A DNA stretch of 64,000 bases from an uncultured delta proteobacterium. GTDB taxonomy: Bacteria; Myxococcota_A; Polyangia; Polyangiales; Houyiibacteriaceae. Shown piece after piece: positions 41,588 to 51,538 of this stretch; position 1 is the first letter of the stretch, and each line of letters begins with the position of its first letter. Below the pieces are notes generated by a model, which did not search any database, was not told where the DNA came from, and saw nothing but the letters and a program-made list of their open reading frames with translations. Where the stretch lies: the NCBI GenBank assembly GCA_963699755.1, contig CAVOVB010000002.1:416001-480000 (forward strand), in the 5' to 3' direction. The position numbers were made by a program, and so were the translations under genes.

Positions 41588-42597
41588 GCCCAAACTCGCC
41601 CAAGAACCAATACTCGCGCAAGGACTTCGCCTCCGACCAGGAGGTACGCTGGTGTCCCGGCTGCGGCGACTACGCCATCCTCGCGGCCGTGCAGCGCACG
41701 CTTCCAAGTCTGGGATCCACTCCGGAAAACACGGTGTTCATCTCCGGCATCGGCTGCTCGAGCCGCTTCCCCTACTACATGCACACGTACGGGTTTCACA
41801 CGATCCATGGTCGCGCGCCCGCGGTCGCAACCGGCGTCAAGCTTGCGAACCCCGAGCTCGACGTTTGGGTGATCACCGGGGACGGCGACGGCCTCAGCAT
41901 CGGAGGCAACCATCTGCTCCACATACTGCGGCGCAACGTGGACTTGCAGATCGTCTTGTTCAACAACCAAATCTATGGCCTCACCAAGGGGCAGTACTCG
42001 CCCACCTCGCAGGTCGGGAAGGTCACCCCGTCGAGCCCGTTCGGCTCGATCGACCAGCCAGTTGTACCGGCACGCTTCGCCTTGGGCGCGGGCGCGACTT
42101 TCGTAGCGCGTGCCTTCGACATCTCGAAGAAGCTGCCCGACACGTTGACGGCGGCGCGCGAGCACAAGGGCGCTGCATTCATCGAAATCCTGCAGAACTG
42201 CCCGGTGTTCAACGACGGGGTTTTCGATCTCGTCACCGATCGAAAGACCGGCCCCGCCCACCAACTCTGGCTCGAGCACGGGCAACCGATGACGTTCGGT
42301 GAAAATGGCGAAAAGGGGCTTCGTTTGAACACCCGGTCGCTCGGCCTCGAGGTCGTGACGATCGGCGAAAACGGGGTCAGCGAGAAAGACATCCTCTCGC
42401 ATGACGAGACCAACCCTGTGCTCGCGTGGATGCTCACCGACCTGGCAGACGTCGTGGCGCTAGGCGTTCTCTACCGGCACCTAGGCCCGGTGTACGACGA
42501 AAGCGTCGGCGCACAGCGCGAGCTCGCAGAAGAGCGCTTTGGCAAGCCGGACCTACACGCCCTGCTTCGCCAAGGGCACACCTGGACCGTCACCTGA
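41584..42597 (+). CDS. korB: 2-oxoacid:ferredoxin oxidoreductase beta subunit
   Basis: WCPGCGD, SGIGCSSR, GDGD, YGLTKGQYSPT. Confidence 0.93.
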   Translation: MSPNSPKNQYSRKDFASDQEVRWCPGCGDYAILAAVQRTLPSLGSTPENTVFISGIGCSSRFPYYMHTYGFHTIHGRAPAVATGVKLANPELDVWVITGDGDGLSIGGNHLLHILRRNVDLQIVLFNNQIYGLTKGQYSPTSQVGKVTPSSPFGSIDQPVVPARFALGAGATFVARAFDISKKLPDTLTAAREHKGAAFIEILQNCPVFNDGVFDLVTDRKTGPAHQLWLEHGQPMTFGENGEKGLRLNTRSLGLEVVTIGENGVSEKDILSHDETNPVLAWMLTDLADVVALGVLYRHLGPVYDESVGAQRELAEERFGKPDLHALLRQGHTWTVT

Positions 42598-43299
42598 GGG
42601 CGCTCGCTCTTCGATGGGCAAGGTCAAGACGATGCGAAGGCCGTGCGGTTCGCGCGCGCCAGCCGTGACGAAACCAGCGGAGCGCGACGCTAGATCTGCC
42701 AACTTGGCGAGCATGAGCTTCACGTTTGGTCGCCGTTCGATCTTCGCGAACGGCGCGAACATCAGGCGAATCTCGTCATCGCTTGGGCTCACCCCGTCGT
42801 CTTCGATCGTCAATGCAACCGCGGCGCCAACCAGACGGGTGGCGATGCGGATGGATGCGACGGTTCTTGTTGCCGCCATGAACCGAACCACACCGCCCAG
42901 CGCGTCCTGAGCCAGCCAAAGGTTGAGCCGTGCCACCGGATCTCGAATGCTGAGGTCGAGCGTGACGGGAGCTTCAAGGCCGGAAACTGTAGTTCTCACG
43001 AGGTCATTGAGGGAAAGAACCCGCGTTTGAAGCGATGAGTCGCCGGCAAGAACCGAAAGGTCGCGCATGAGCTCGCGCCCCTCTTCGGCCGCATTTCGGA
43101 CTTCGTCCAGGTATCTTTCGAGCGCAGCTGCGTCTGAGATGTGCTTCCGGGCGAGATGGGCATTGCCAATGATCACGCCGAGGACGTTGTTGATTTCATG
43201 AGCCAAGCCCGAGGCGATATCTCTGGTCGCCCGCATGCCCTCGGGATGCAAAATGCCTCGCACAGGCGGTTCGGTCTCGTCGTTTCTCATGGTCGTCAT
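42553..43299 (-). CDS. Sensorless histidine kinase-like protein (intact H-box, degenerate ATPase domain)
   Basis: LAHEINNVL; DDG and F-box remnants; no N-box Asn, no GxGLGL. Confidence 0.75.
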   Translation of the reverse strand: MTTMRNDETEPPVRGILHPEGMRATRDIASGLAHEINNVLGVIIGNAHLARKHISDAAALERYLDEVRNAAEEGRELMRDLSVLAGDSSLQTRVLSLNDLVRTTVSGLEAPVTLDLSIRDPVARLNLWLAQDALGGVVRFMAATRTVASIRIATRLVGAAVALTIEDDGVSPSDDEIRLMFAPFAKIERRPNVKLMLAKLADLASRSAGFVTAGAREPHGLRIVLTLPIEERAPSGDGPGVPLAKQGV

Positions 43300-43670
43300 G
43301 CCTGCAGTAGCTTCTTCACCGCGCGAATGACACGCGGCGCTTGTATTGGTTTCTCGATGTAGGCGTTCGCACCGAGCGCCATGGCGCGGTCCCGATCGTT
43401 CGGCGCGTTTTCAGTCGTGATGATCACGATTGGCGTCCTTTCGTGTCGCGGATCGTCTCGCACGTGCTTCACGAGCTTCAGTCCGTCCATGACCGGCATG
43501 TTGACGTCTGTAAGGACAAGATCGAACTTCTCGGTAGCCAGCGCGCGGACACCGGCTAGTCCGTTCTCGGCTTCGACAACCTCTACGCCGGGAATGCGCG
43601 ATAGGGACTCGGTCAACATGGTTCGCATCGTCTTGGAGTCTTCGACTACGAGGCAGCGGTACCGGAACAT
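43296..43670 (-). CDS. cheY: Single-domain response regulator
   Basis: VVEDS, TDVNMP, ITT, KP. Confidence 0.85.
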   Translation of the reverse strand: MFRYRCLVVEDSKTMRTMLTESLSRIPGVEVVEAENGLAGVRALATEKFDLVLTDVNMPVMDGLKLVKHVRDDPRHERTPIVIITTENAPNDRDRAMALGANAYIEKPIQAPRVIRAVKKLLQA

Positions 43671-43718
43671 GGCTAGCTCAATCGTACGACAGGAAGCGAC
43701 GTACTCAAAGTTCGCTCC

Positions 43719-44795
43719 TCATTGCCTCTCGGGCCGGGTGAGCTCGGTAAGCATGTCGCCGAGAGCCCAGATCCCGAGTGAATGATGCCGTATTCCTGTC
43801 CGCTTGACGGCGGTGGGCATACCCGAAACGACGGCCGTTTCCGGCGCCTCGACCAGGATGCATCCTCCCCTTTTCGAGATCTCCCGTGCTCCCTGCGCCC
43901 CGTCATTCCCCATCCCAGTGAGGACGACGCCGATAGCCTCGTCACCGAGCACGCGAGCGGCAGAGCTGAAGAGCCGATCGACCGAGGGCACGTAGTGCGA
44001 CCCTGGTTCAGGAGCCACCACCCGGATTGCAGGTCCACGCTCGGAGGGAACGATCTCGATGCAGCGCCCTCCCGGGCATACGTAGGCGTGCCCGCGAGCG
44101 AGTCGCTCGTACGACTTGGCCTCCGAAACCTTCGCCAGGCCCACCTTATCGAGTCGATTCGCAAATGAGTGCGTGAAGCGAGCGGGCATGTGCTGTGCGA
44201 TCACCAATGCGGCATCGATATCATCGTGCACGTGACGGAACAAGGTTGCCAGCGCCCGCGGCCCGCCGGTAGATGCGCCGATCACGATCACCTTCCGTGG
44301 TACTCGCTTGAGCACCGAAGGTTCGCGCGTCCGGCGCGCCGAACGAAGAGGCGCCTCTTCGAGGGCGAAGCCTGCAGAGCTATCAGCTCGGAGCGCGAGG
44401 GGCGACAGTTGCTGCACGATGCGCACTTTTTCGATCAGCTGGTCTCTTAGGCCATCGAGAGAGGCGTCGACCCCATGCGGCTTTTCGATGAAGTCGATCG
44501 AGCCGAGCTCGAGTGCGCGGAAGATGTTCTGTTTGCCCGAGAGGCCCGACACCACGATGACGGGGAGCGGGTGACGGTCCATCAGCAGCTGAAGAAACTC
44601 GAACCCATCCAGCCGTGGCATGTCCAAATCCAAGGTGATGAAGTCAGGTGGACTTCCCTCGATGGCTCTGAGTGCATCCGCTCCATCGTTCGCGAGGTCG
44701 ACATGCGAGATTCCGGGGATGTCGTTGAGAATCGCGGCGATCGTACGGCGGCTCAAAGAAGAATCGTCTACGACCAATGCACGGAGCTCTCTCAC
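43719..44795 (-). CDS. cheB: Chemotaxis methylesterase (REC + CheB)
   Basis: GASTGG, QHMP, LTGMGNDG. Confidence 0.95.
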   Translation of the reverse strand: MRELRALVVDDSSLSRRTIAAILNDIPGISHVDLANDGADALRAIEGSPPDFITLDLDMPRLDGFEFLQLLMDRHPLPVIVVSGLSGKQNIFRALELGSIDFIEKPHGVDASLDGLRDQLIEKVRIVQQLSPLALRADSSAGFALEEAPLRSARRTREPSVLKRVPRKVIVIGASTGGPRALATLFRHVHDDIDAALVIAQHMPARFTHSFANRLDKVGLAKVSEAKSYERLARGHAYVCPGGRCIEIVPSERGPAIRVVAPEPGSHYVPSVDRLFSSAARVLGDEAIGVVLTGMGNDGAQGAREISKRGGCILVEAPETAVVSGMPTAVKRTGIRHHSLGIWALGDMLTELTRPERQ

Positions 44796-45677
44796 CTAGA
44801 TTCTCCTCGGAGGCAGATCCGTGAAAGGGATCGGTCGCCGGTAGACGATGTCGGTCGCGAGCTGCGTAATCTCGAAGGCGGTGCTCGAGCGCAGAAGCGA
44901 CTCGCTATGGCCCAATAGAAGGTAGCCACCTCGGTTCAAACGCTCATAGATCGTCTCCAGTACTTTCCTGCGCGAGGCGTCGTCGAAATAGATGAGAACG
45001 TTGCGGCAAAACGTAACGTCGACACGACCCACGATGGCCGCACGCCGCTGATTCATCAGGTTGAGATGGCCGAAGTGGCACATCGCCCTGATACGAGGGT
45101 GGACTTGCCTACCTTCATCGGTGTCGATGAAGTACCTCTCGTATTCCGGAATCATTGCCCTGAAGCTGGCAGATGAGTAGGTGGCGTCTCGGGCCTTGTT
45201 CAAGACGCGGCGGGAAATGTCATTCCCGAACACACGCACGTCCCAACCTTCAAAGAGACCGGTGGCATCGACCAGCATCGCGATCGTGTAGACTTCTTCC
45301 CCACTGGAGCATCCTGCGCTCCACACATCGAGCCTCTTCGACCCCCGTGCCCGCGCGCGCGCCTTCACGACAGGAAGGATCTCGTCCGTGAACGCTCGAA
45401 GTTGAAAGGCCTCCCGAAAGAAGTATGTTTCGTTGGTCGTCAGAACCTCGGCCGCGGCCTCGAGCTCCCTCTCTGCCCTCGGGTGGTACTGCAAGTACCG
45501 GTAGTACTCGGCGAAGTCGGCGATGCCCAGATCGCGAAGACGCTCGCGAAGGCGCCGCTCCACGATATAGGCAGAGTCGTCAGCGAAATAGATCCCGCAA
45601 AACTGGTTGATGAAATCCCGGAGTAGACGGAACTCCTTCAGATCGAGGGTCGGCCCGGTGCCCTGCAGCAAGGTCAC
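44796..45677 (-). CDS. cheR: Chemotaxis methyltransferase
   Basis: TTNETYFFRE, WSAGCSSGEE, CRNVLIYF, GHSES. Confidence 0.95.
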   Translation of the reverse strand: MTLLQGTGPTLDLKEFRLLRDFINQFCGIYFADDSAYIVERRLRERLRDLGIADFAEYYRYLQYHPRAERELEAAAEVLTTNETYFFREAFQLRAFTDEILPVVKARARARGSKRLDVWSAGCSSGEEVYTIAMLVDATGLFEGWDVRVFGNDISRRVLNKARDATYSSASFRAMIPEYERYFIDTDEGRQVHPRIRAMCHFGHLNLMNQRRAAIVGRVDVTFCRNVLIYFDDASRRKVLETIYERLNRGGYLLLGHSESLLRSSTAFEITQLATDIVYRRPIPFTDLPPRRI

Positions 45678-45678
45678 G

Positions 45679-47700
45679 TCAACCACCCATCTGAAGGCCG
45701 CTTTCGATCGCGTGCCGCACCATGGAATCGGTCTCATCGGCCAAGGCCTCGACTAAGACGGTTCGCGCATGTTCTGTATCGAGCTCGAGCAAGAGTTTTA
45801 TTGCCAACATGCGGACGTTCCAGGCGGAATGGTGGAGACCTCGGCTCACGAAGCGTTCCGCGTCGTGGCGAGGCAGTGTCCGTGCCGCACGCAGGCCCGC
45901 CTGAAATATTTCAGCATCGGCGTGGGAGAGAGCACGTTCGACGGCGGTTGCGACCTCTGAATCTCCCAGGCAAGCCAGCGCATCCAGCGCCGCGGAGACA
46001 ACCACCGGCTCTCTGTCCTCCAAGAGCGCGCGAATGCGCGAGACTGCGCCATTGGCTTCACGTCGGCCAAGAGCTAGTGCTGCCTCCGCGCGAGTGGAAG
46101 CGAATGGGGAATCGAGCGCGGTGCGAAGCGGCGCGTCCGCCTCAGTGCTGCTCATTTGCCCAAGCGTCCGCACCGCTGCGATTTGAACGTCGATGTCTTC
46201 ATCCGCGACCGCATATCCGATCAACTGGGCGATGTCGCTCGCGTTCGCTATGCCAAGTGCCTGCACCGCCGCTCTGCGGGTGCGGGGTTCGCTGCTGTGG
46301 AGGCCACGTTTGAGCACTTCCACGGCGCCTCCCGTATTCAGCCGCGAGAGGACGTGCGCGATGTCCGCGCCTCCGGGCCCATCGAGCTTGGCCTCTCGGA
46401 TGGCCTCTTCGACGGCTGCGGGCACGCGCTTCGCGAGCACTTCGAGTGCGCTGGTCGCGGCCGCCCGAACTTGATGTGAGTCGCTCTCCAAGCATTCGAC
46501 GAGGGCTCGGCAATCTCGTCGGTCACCCCACCAGCGAAGGCTCTCGGCCGCCGCAGCCCGTACCGCATCGGTCGCGTCGGTCAGGTCGCGCTCGATGAGG
46601 CTCCGTATGCGATCGCGAATCCCAGGTGGCACCTCGTCGAGATGCCGGTAACTAAGCTCAGCAGCAAGCTCGAGCGCGATGGCCCATACGCGCGGTTCTG
46701 CGCGCCGCTGCCAGAGAAGCGGTTCGATGAGCCCAGTTCCCCATGCACGGAGAGCCTCGACCGTTTCCGGAGTTACCACGTCGTCGGCAATCGCTTGGAT
46801 CACTGCTTCGAGTGAGTTCTCGTCCCGGCACAGCACGGCGAGAAAGGCCGCTCCTTGCCTAGTCGGGGTGTCGCCGTGCAGCAGAGCCTCGTGAAGCGCG
46901 CGCCGGAATGACTCTTTCGACTCCCTCAATCGGTCGATCAGATCCTCCTGATCCGCGTTGACGTCCGCAAGCTCGGCGATGGCGCGTATGGCGGCTGAGG
47001 AGCTTTGCGGTGAAGCATCAGTAGCGAGCTCTAGTAGAAACTCCAAGGCCTCCGGATCGCCTGTCCTGCCGAGAAGCTCTGCCGAAACTCGGCGGACGAT
47101 CGCGTCTTCGAGCGCCGGCGCAAGCTCGGTCCAGGAGAGTCGCGAACCGAGCCGCGTCAGCCCCTCGAGAATGGAGATGCGGAGAAAGAGGTGCGGCGTA
47201 GAAAGGCGCTCCTTCAGCAGGCGCTCCGCTCGACCGCCCCCAATGCAGACGAGGGCCTCCACGGCGGCAGCCGCAATGTCGGCGTCGGATCCTCGAACGA
47301 GCGTCTCGAGATGGTCGATCATTCGAGGATCTCTTGTCTTGCCCATCGCCTCGATCAGAAACTTCCGTGCGACCTGCCCAGCGCCCTCGAATGCTCTGGT
47401 GAACTTGCCCACCCGGCCCTGAGCCATCATCCCAAGCACCTCGATCGCCGCATTGCGGAGCCCAATATTGTCGGTCTCGACCAGCCGAATCAGTAGCGCG
47501 TCGATGAGAGCGTCTCTGTCGAGGGATTGCGCAGCGAGAGAAATTGCTTCTCGGCGGACGCGCCAATCGGGATCCGATAGCGCGTCGACGATCTGCAACA
47601 ACGGTGTGCCCTGCGGACGACGACTCATCTGGTGCACGGCCTGACGCCGCACGTCCGGGTCGGCCGAGTGGAATGCCTTTTCGAGCCTGTCTTCCGTCAC
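45679..47700 (-). CDS. HEAT/PBS-lyase repeat protein
   Basis: Many D...VR.AA..ALG helical repeats. Confidence 0.9.
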   Translation of the reverse strand: MTEDRLEKAFHSADPDVRRQAVHQMSRRPQGTPLLQIVDALSDPDWRVRREAISLAAQSLDRDALIDALLIRLVETDNIGLRNAAIEVLGMMAQGRVGKFTRAFEGAGQVARKFLIEAMGKTRDPRMIDHLETLVRGSDADIAAAAVEALVCIGGGRAERLLKERLSTPHLFLRISILEGLTRLGSRLSWTELAPALEDAIVRRVSAELLGRTGDPEALEFLLELATDASPQSSSAAIRAIAELADVNADQEDLIDRLRESKESFRRALHEALLHGDTPTRQGAAFLAVLCRDENSLEAVIQAIADDVVTPETVEALRAWGTGLIEPLLWQRRAEPRVWAIALELAAELSYRHLDEVPPGIRDRIRSLIERDLTDATDAVRAAAAESLRWWGDRRDCRALVECLESDSHQVRAAATSALEVLAKRVPAAVEEAIREAKLDGPGGADIAHVLSRLNTGGAVEVLKRGLHSSEPRTRRAAVQALGIANASDIAQLIGYAVADEDIDVQIAAVRTLGQMSSTEADAPLRTALDSPFASTRAEAALALGRREANGAVSRIRALLEDREPVVVSAALDALACLGDSEVATAVERALSHADAEIFQAGLRAARTLPRHDAERFVSRGLHHSAWNVRMLAIKLLLELDTEHARTVLVEALADETDSMVRHAIESGLQMGG

Positions 47701-48197
47701 GGCGTCTCCGACGGCAGGAACGGGATCTCCTGGGGACGGACATCCATCGCAGGCTCAGCAACTAGGTCTACATCGAGTAGGAACACGAGCCGATCTTGAT
47801 AGCGACAGGCCGATTTGATTCCCCGTTCGCGATCATGCTCATCGAGGACGGGAACGTGGCGCTGTGCCTTGCTCCCGGACGAAAAGACCTCGTGGACGGC
47901 ATCGACGACGACCGCAACCGGTCCCCGGAGGCTTTCGAGGATGAGCCATTTGGTGCGTCGTGTTGGCTCTTGCGGCCGTAAGCCAAAGAACCGCCGCAGA
48001 TCGATCACTGCCACGACTTCGTCGCGGTAGTCGGAAACTCCCAAAACTGAGGCGCGCCCGCGGGGCAGCGCGATGAGAGGAAGCGGATTGACGATCTCCC
48101 GCATCCGCTGGATCTCGAGTGCATACATCACCCCGTCCACCTCGACTCGAATCAGATCCTTTGTGAGCGCTAGGCCGTAGCTCTTGCTTTCCCTCAC
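47697..48197 (-). CDS. cheW: CheW coupling protein 2
   Basis: REIV.P, GV..YR..VVAVIDLR, VVDAVHEV. Confidence 0.9.
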   Translation of the reverse strand: MRESKSYGLALTKDLIRVEVDGVMYALEIQRMREIVNPLPLIALPRGRASVLGVSDYRDEVVAVIDLRRFFGLRPQEPTRRTKWLILESLRGPVAVVVDAVHEVFSSGSKAQRHVPVLDEHDRERGIKSACRYQDRLVFLLDVDLVAEPAMDVRPQEIPFLPSETP

Positions 48198-48691
48198 TTC
48201 AGCCCTCCCAGCAGTGCCCCTGGGTCGATCAGAATTACCATCTCCTCCGGGTCAGTCGATGACTCCGAGGGAACTCGCGCGACACCGACGATGTACTCCG
48301 AGAGCTCCGCGCTCATGGCGCTCGCGTACTCGATCTGCTCGGGCTGCAACTGGGATACCTGGACCACGCGGTCGACAGCAACCCCGATGAGCTCTTCCCC
48401 GCTGTCGACGAGGAGAACGCGGCCGATGGTTTGCCTTTCGTGCACCTCGAGCCTCAGGAGTTTGGGCAAGTCGACCAGTGTGATGACCTGACCTCGGACC
48501 GAGATGACGCCGAGAAAGTGTTCGGGAGCACGGGGGACTGGCGTCAGCGGCGGTGGCATCAGAATCTCGCGAATCGCAGGCAGCGGAAAACCATAGGTTT
48601 CGTTGCCCGCTGAAACCGAGAGAACGGGGATCGTGCCGAGCTGGTCTTCTGGATCCGGCACCAGGGTGTCCGTTTGGACAACTTGCGTCAT
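48194..48691 (-). CDS. cheW: CheW coupling protein 1
   Basis: TPVPRAP, GVISVRGQV, VDRV. Confidence 0.9.
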   Translation of the reverse strand: MTQVVQTDTLVPDPEDQLGTIPVLSVSAGNETYGFPLPAIREILMPPPLTPVPRAPEHFLGVISVRGQVITLVDLPKLLRLEVHERQTIGRVLLVDSGEELIGVAVDRVVQVSQLQPEQIEYASAMSAELSEYIVGVARVPSESSTDPEEMVILIDPGALLGGLK

Positions 48692-50760
48692 GCGTGCGTC
48701 TCCGCGCCTAGCTGGGCGCCCGCACCCTCGAAGTACTCCGTGAAGAGCGCGGGCGCATCGAGCACGAGCGCCAGTCTCTGGTCCCCTAGGTCTGCTGCAC
48801 CCGCGAAGCCACGAACCGAAGAGAGCGTCTTGCCAAGTGACTTGGTGATTACGTCCTCCTGCCCGACGAGCTCGTCCACGACGAATCCAAGCTCTCGAGT
48901 CCCCATCGCGCAGACGATGACGAATCGCCCTTCTTGGCGCCCCCTTGGCTGGAGACCGAATAGTCGCGCGAGATCACAGATCGGAAGCGTTTCGCCTCGC
49001 ATCGTGACCACTTTTCGACCTTGGATGCTGCGGACGTCTTTCGGCGAATACGGAACGGCTTCGCGAACTGCGGCAATCGGGAGCGCAAACGGGCGTGACC
49101 CCACAGTGACGATGAGCGCTCGAATGATAGCCAGTGTAATTGGAAGGGTGACCGTGATCTTCGTCCCGATGCCATACTCGCTGGCGATCGAGACCACTCC
49201 ACCCATCCGCAGAATGTTTGTCTTCACGACGTCCATTCCGACGCCCCGCCCCGACATGTCAGTGACCGAGGTGTTCGTGCTGAACCCGGGAAGGAATACG
49301 AGATTCAACATGTCCTGACGCGTGAGGTCGTGACCGGCCTCCGCGGTCAGCATGCCTCGCGCTACCGCTGTTTCGCGCAGCTTGTGTGCGTTCATTCCAC
49401 AGCCGTCGTCCTCGACCTCGATCACGACGTTGCTTCCCTTGTGGTACGCATTGAGCGCCAACGTGCCTTCCGCCGGTTTGGCGAGTCGCATCCTGGCATC
49501 GACCGGTTCGATGCCGTGATCGATCGCATTGCGAACCAGATGCATGAGCGGATCGGCCAGCTCTTCGACGATGAGCTTGTCCATCTCGGTGTTCGCACCG
49601 GTCACCACGAGGCGCACTTGCTTGTCGTGCTCTCTGGCCGCCTGTCGTACGATGCGTGCGAACTTGCTAAACACCTGGCCCAATGGAACCATCCGAACGT
49701 CTAGAATTCTCATTCGTAGCTCGGAAAGCTGGCGCTCGAAGCCGCGACCGACGCGATCGAGCTCTCGGAGCGATTGCCTGTGCTTGGGGTCGGCGGCGAA
49801 GCTCTCAACGACGCGACTCACGGCGCCTCTGACCAATGCAAGCTCGCCCACTACGTTCATCAGATCGTCCAACTTCCGAATGTCCACGCGAACTGAATTG
49901 GCCAAGGAGCGAAGCGACGCTTGACCCCAGTCGTCGTCAGACGGCGGCAATTCACTTCGCGTGTCTGGAGGAATCAAGGTGGGATTCGGAGGATTCGTCG
50001 GCAGGTGCGTACGCTCCTCAATGACCTCGATCGTTCCGTACCGCCCTTCGAAGTAGGCCTTGAGCTCCGCTTCAGGCACGTGGCTGGCGAGTAATACGAC
50101 GAGCTCGATGGATTCGTCATTGCCGCCTTCGAGACTTGGCAAGTAGGTGATGATTTCGGCATCGTCATGAATGACGTCGCGCAAAGTCTCGATCGAGTCG
50201 TCGATCGCAGCGAGATCGAACGTCGCGCGGAGGCGATACAGCTTCATCCCCTCTCTGATGCACGCCCGAAGTCGATGCTCTTCATACTCGGTGAGGACCG
50301 AAAGGACGGCCGATCCGATCGCATACTGTTCCAGTGGATCGCCGTCCTCCGTGGCAGGCTGAGCGCCGATCGAGCGGACGGCGGCGACGTACGCGTCTAC
50401 GCCGGATTTTTCTTCGGGCGCCTGCGGATCTTCGAGAGCGAGGAGTCGCTGAAACCGCTCGACCGAATCGAAGAGCACATCGAGCAGCGGGTCGCCGACG
50501 ATGGTACGGCCGAGCCGCAAATCGTCCAGCAAGTCCTCGAGCGCATGGGCGATGGTGCCCACATGTTTGTAGCCGAACATCCCGGCGATGCCTTTGAGGG
50601 TATGAACACTCCTGAAAATCTCGTTGACGAGCGCCGAATCCACGCGCTCGCCTCGCTGATGAGCCTCGTCGAGCAACAAGAGATCACGCGACAAGGCCTC
50701 GACGAGCTCCTGAGCCTCAGCCAAGAACTCCTGCTGCACGTTGTCCCGTGGATCGCTCAC
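48688..50760 (-). CDS. cheA: Chemotaxis histidine kinase CheA
   Basis: Hpt FRSVHTLKG, HLVRNAIDHGIE, DDGCG, SGRGVGMDVV, C-terminal CheW domain. Confidence 0.97.
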   Translation of the reverse strand: MSDPRDNVQQEFLAEAQELVEALSRDLLLLDEAHQRGERVDSALVNEIFRSVHTLKGIAGMFGYKHVGTIAHALEDLLDDLRLGRTIVGDPLLDVLFDSVERFQRLLALEDPQAPEEKSGVDAYVAAVRSIGAQPATEDGDPLEQYAIGSAVLSVLTEYEEHRLRACIREGMKLYRLRATFDLAAIDDSIETLRDVIHDDAEIITYLPSLEGGNDESIELVVLLASHVPEAELKAYFEGRYGTIEVIEERTHLPTNPPNPTLIPPDTRSELPPSDDDWGQASLRSLANSVRVDIRKLDDLMNVVGELALVRGAVSRVVESFAADPKHRQSLRELDRVGRGFERQLSELRMRILDVRMVPLGQVFSKFARIVRQAAREHDKQVRLVVTGANTEMDKLIVEELADPLMHLVRNAIDHGIEPVDARMRLAKPAEGTLALNAYHKGSNVVIEVEDDGCGMNAHKLRETAVARGMLTAEAGHDLTRQDMLNLVFLPGFSTNTSVTDMSGRGVGMDVVKTNILRMGGVVSIASEYGIGTKITVTLPITLAIIRALIVTVGSRPFALPIAAVREAVPYSPKDVRSIQGRKVVTMRGETLPICDLARLFGLQPRGRQEGRFVIVCAMGTRELGFVVDELVGQEDVITKSLGKTLSSVRGFAGAADLGDQRLALVLDAPALFTEYFEGAGAQLGAETHA

Positions 50761-51146
50761 CCGGAAACCTCCGCGACGGGATCGAGCAAGCTTCGAATCA
50801 GCTCCCGCAGCTCCTCGACCTCAAACGGTTTCTCCAAGAGGGCATCTGCGCCGAGCTCGGCGCCCCGCTGCGCATCCAACCCGTCGACCGCCGTACTGAT
50901 CAGGATCTTGCAAGTTCCCTGTTGCCGGGGGCTCTTCTTCATGAACGCGAGAAGCTCGAGCCCGTTGATGTCGGGCATGTTCACGTCGACGATGACGACG
51001 TCGAAACTGTGGGAGGCGAGCAGCTGGAGCGCCTCGAAGCCGGTTTCGGCCTCTTGCACCCTAGCGAAATCCGCGTCTTCCAAACTGACGCGGACGAACG
51101 CGCGCACGGCGCTGCTGTCATCGACGATGAGTGTGTGAAATGCCAC
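50757..51146 (-). CDS. cheY: Single-domain response regulator
   Basis: IVDDS, VDVNMP, IST, KPF. Confidence 0.85.
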   Translation of the reverse strand: MAFHTLIVDDSSAVRAFVRVSLEDADFARVQEAETGFEALQLLASHSFDVVIVDVNMPDINGLELLAFMKKSPRQQGTCKILISTAVDGLDAQRGAELGADALLEKPFEVEELRELIRSLLDPVAEVSG

Positions 51147-51196
51147 CCGAAACCCCCAGGTACAGGGTAACAGAGACAAAGAGGGGGAGACTCGCC

Positions 51197-51538
51197 CTAT
51201 TCACGCCAAAACGAGCGGGCTTTGGGCTCTTCGCTGGCGCAGGATGAACATGCGCACAGGCTCCGCAGGAAGCGATGGCTGTAGATCCCCGTCTGGTGAC
51301 CATCGCGCCAGACGAGTCTAACCGCGTAATTTCCAACCGATTGGATGTCTGTGAGCTCGAGGTCCCCTCCCTCGACGAACTCGATCGGCCCCTCATGACC
51401 CTGGCAGTGTGCACAGGGGCAGAAGCCGCGCAAAAGCTCGTGCGGATACACACTTCGGTGGCCGTCTGCCCAGTCGATTTCCATGACGCGAGCCCCGCTG
51501 GGCGCGCGGAGCTCGATGGGTTTCGAGGGATCGGTCAA
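51197..51538 (-). CDS. DUF971 / GBBH-like N-terminal domain protein
   Basis: WADGH, LRGFCPCAHC, VGNYA, DGHQTGIY. Confidence 0.9.
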   Translation of the reverse strand: MTDPSKPIELRAPSGARVMEIDWADGHRSVYPHELLRGFCPCAHCQGHEGPIEFVEGGDLELTDIQSVGNYAVRLVWRDGHQTGIYSHRFLRSLCACSSCASEEPKARSFWRE

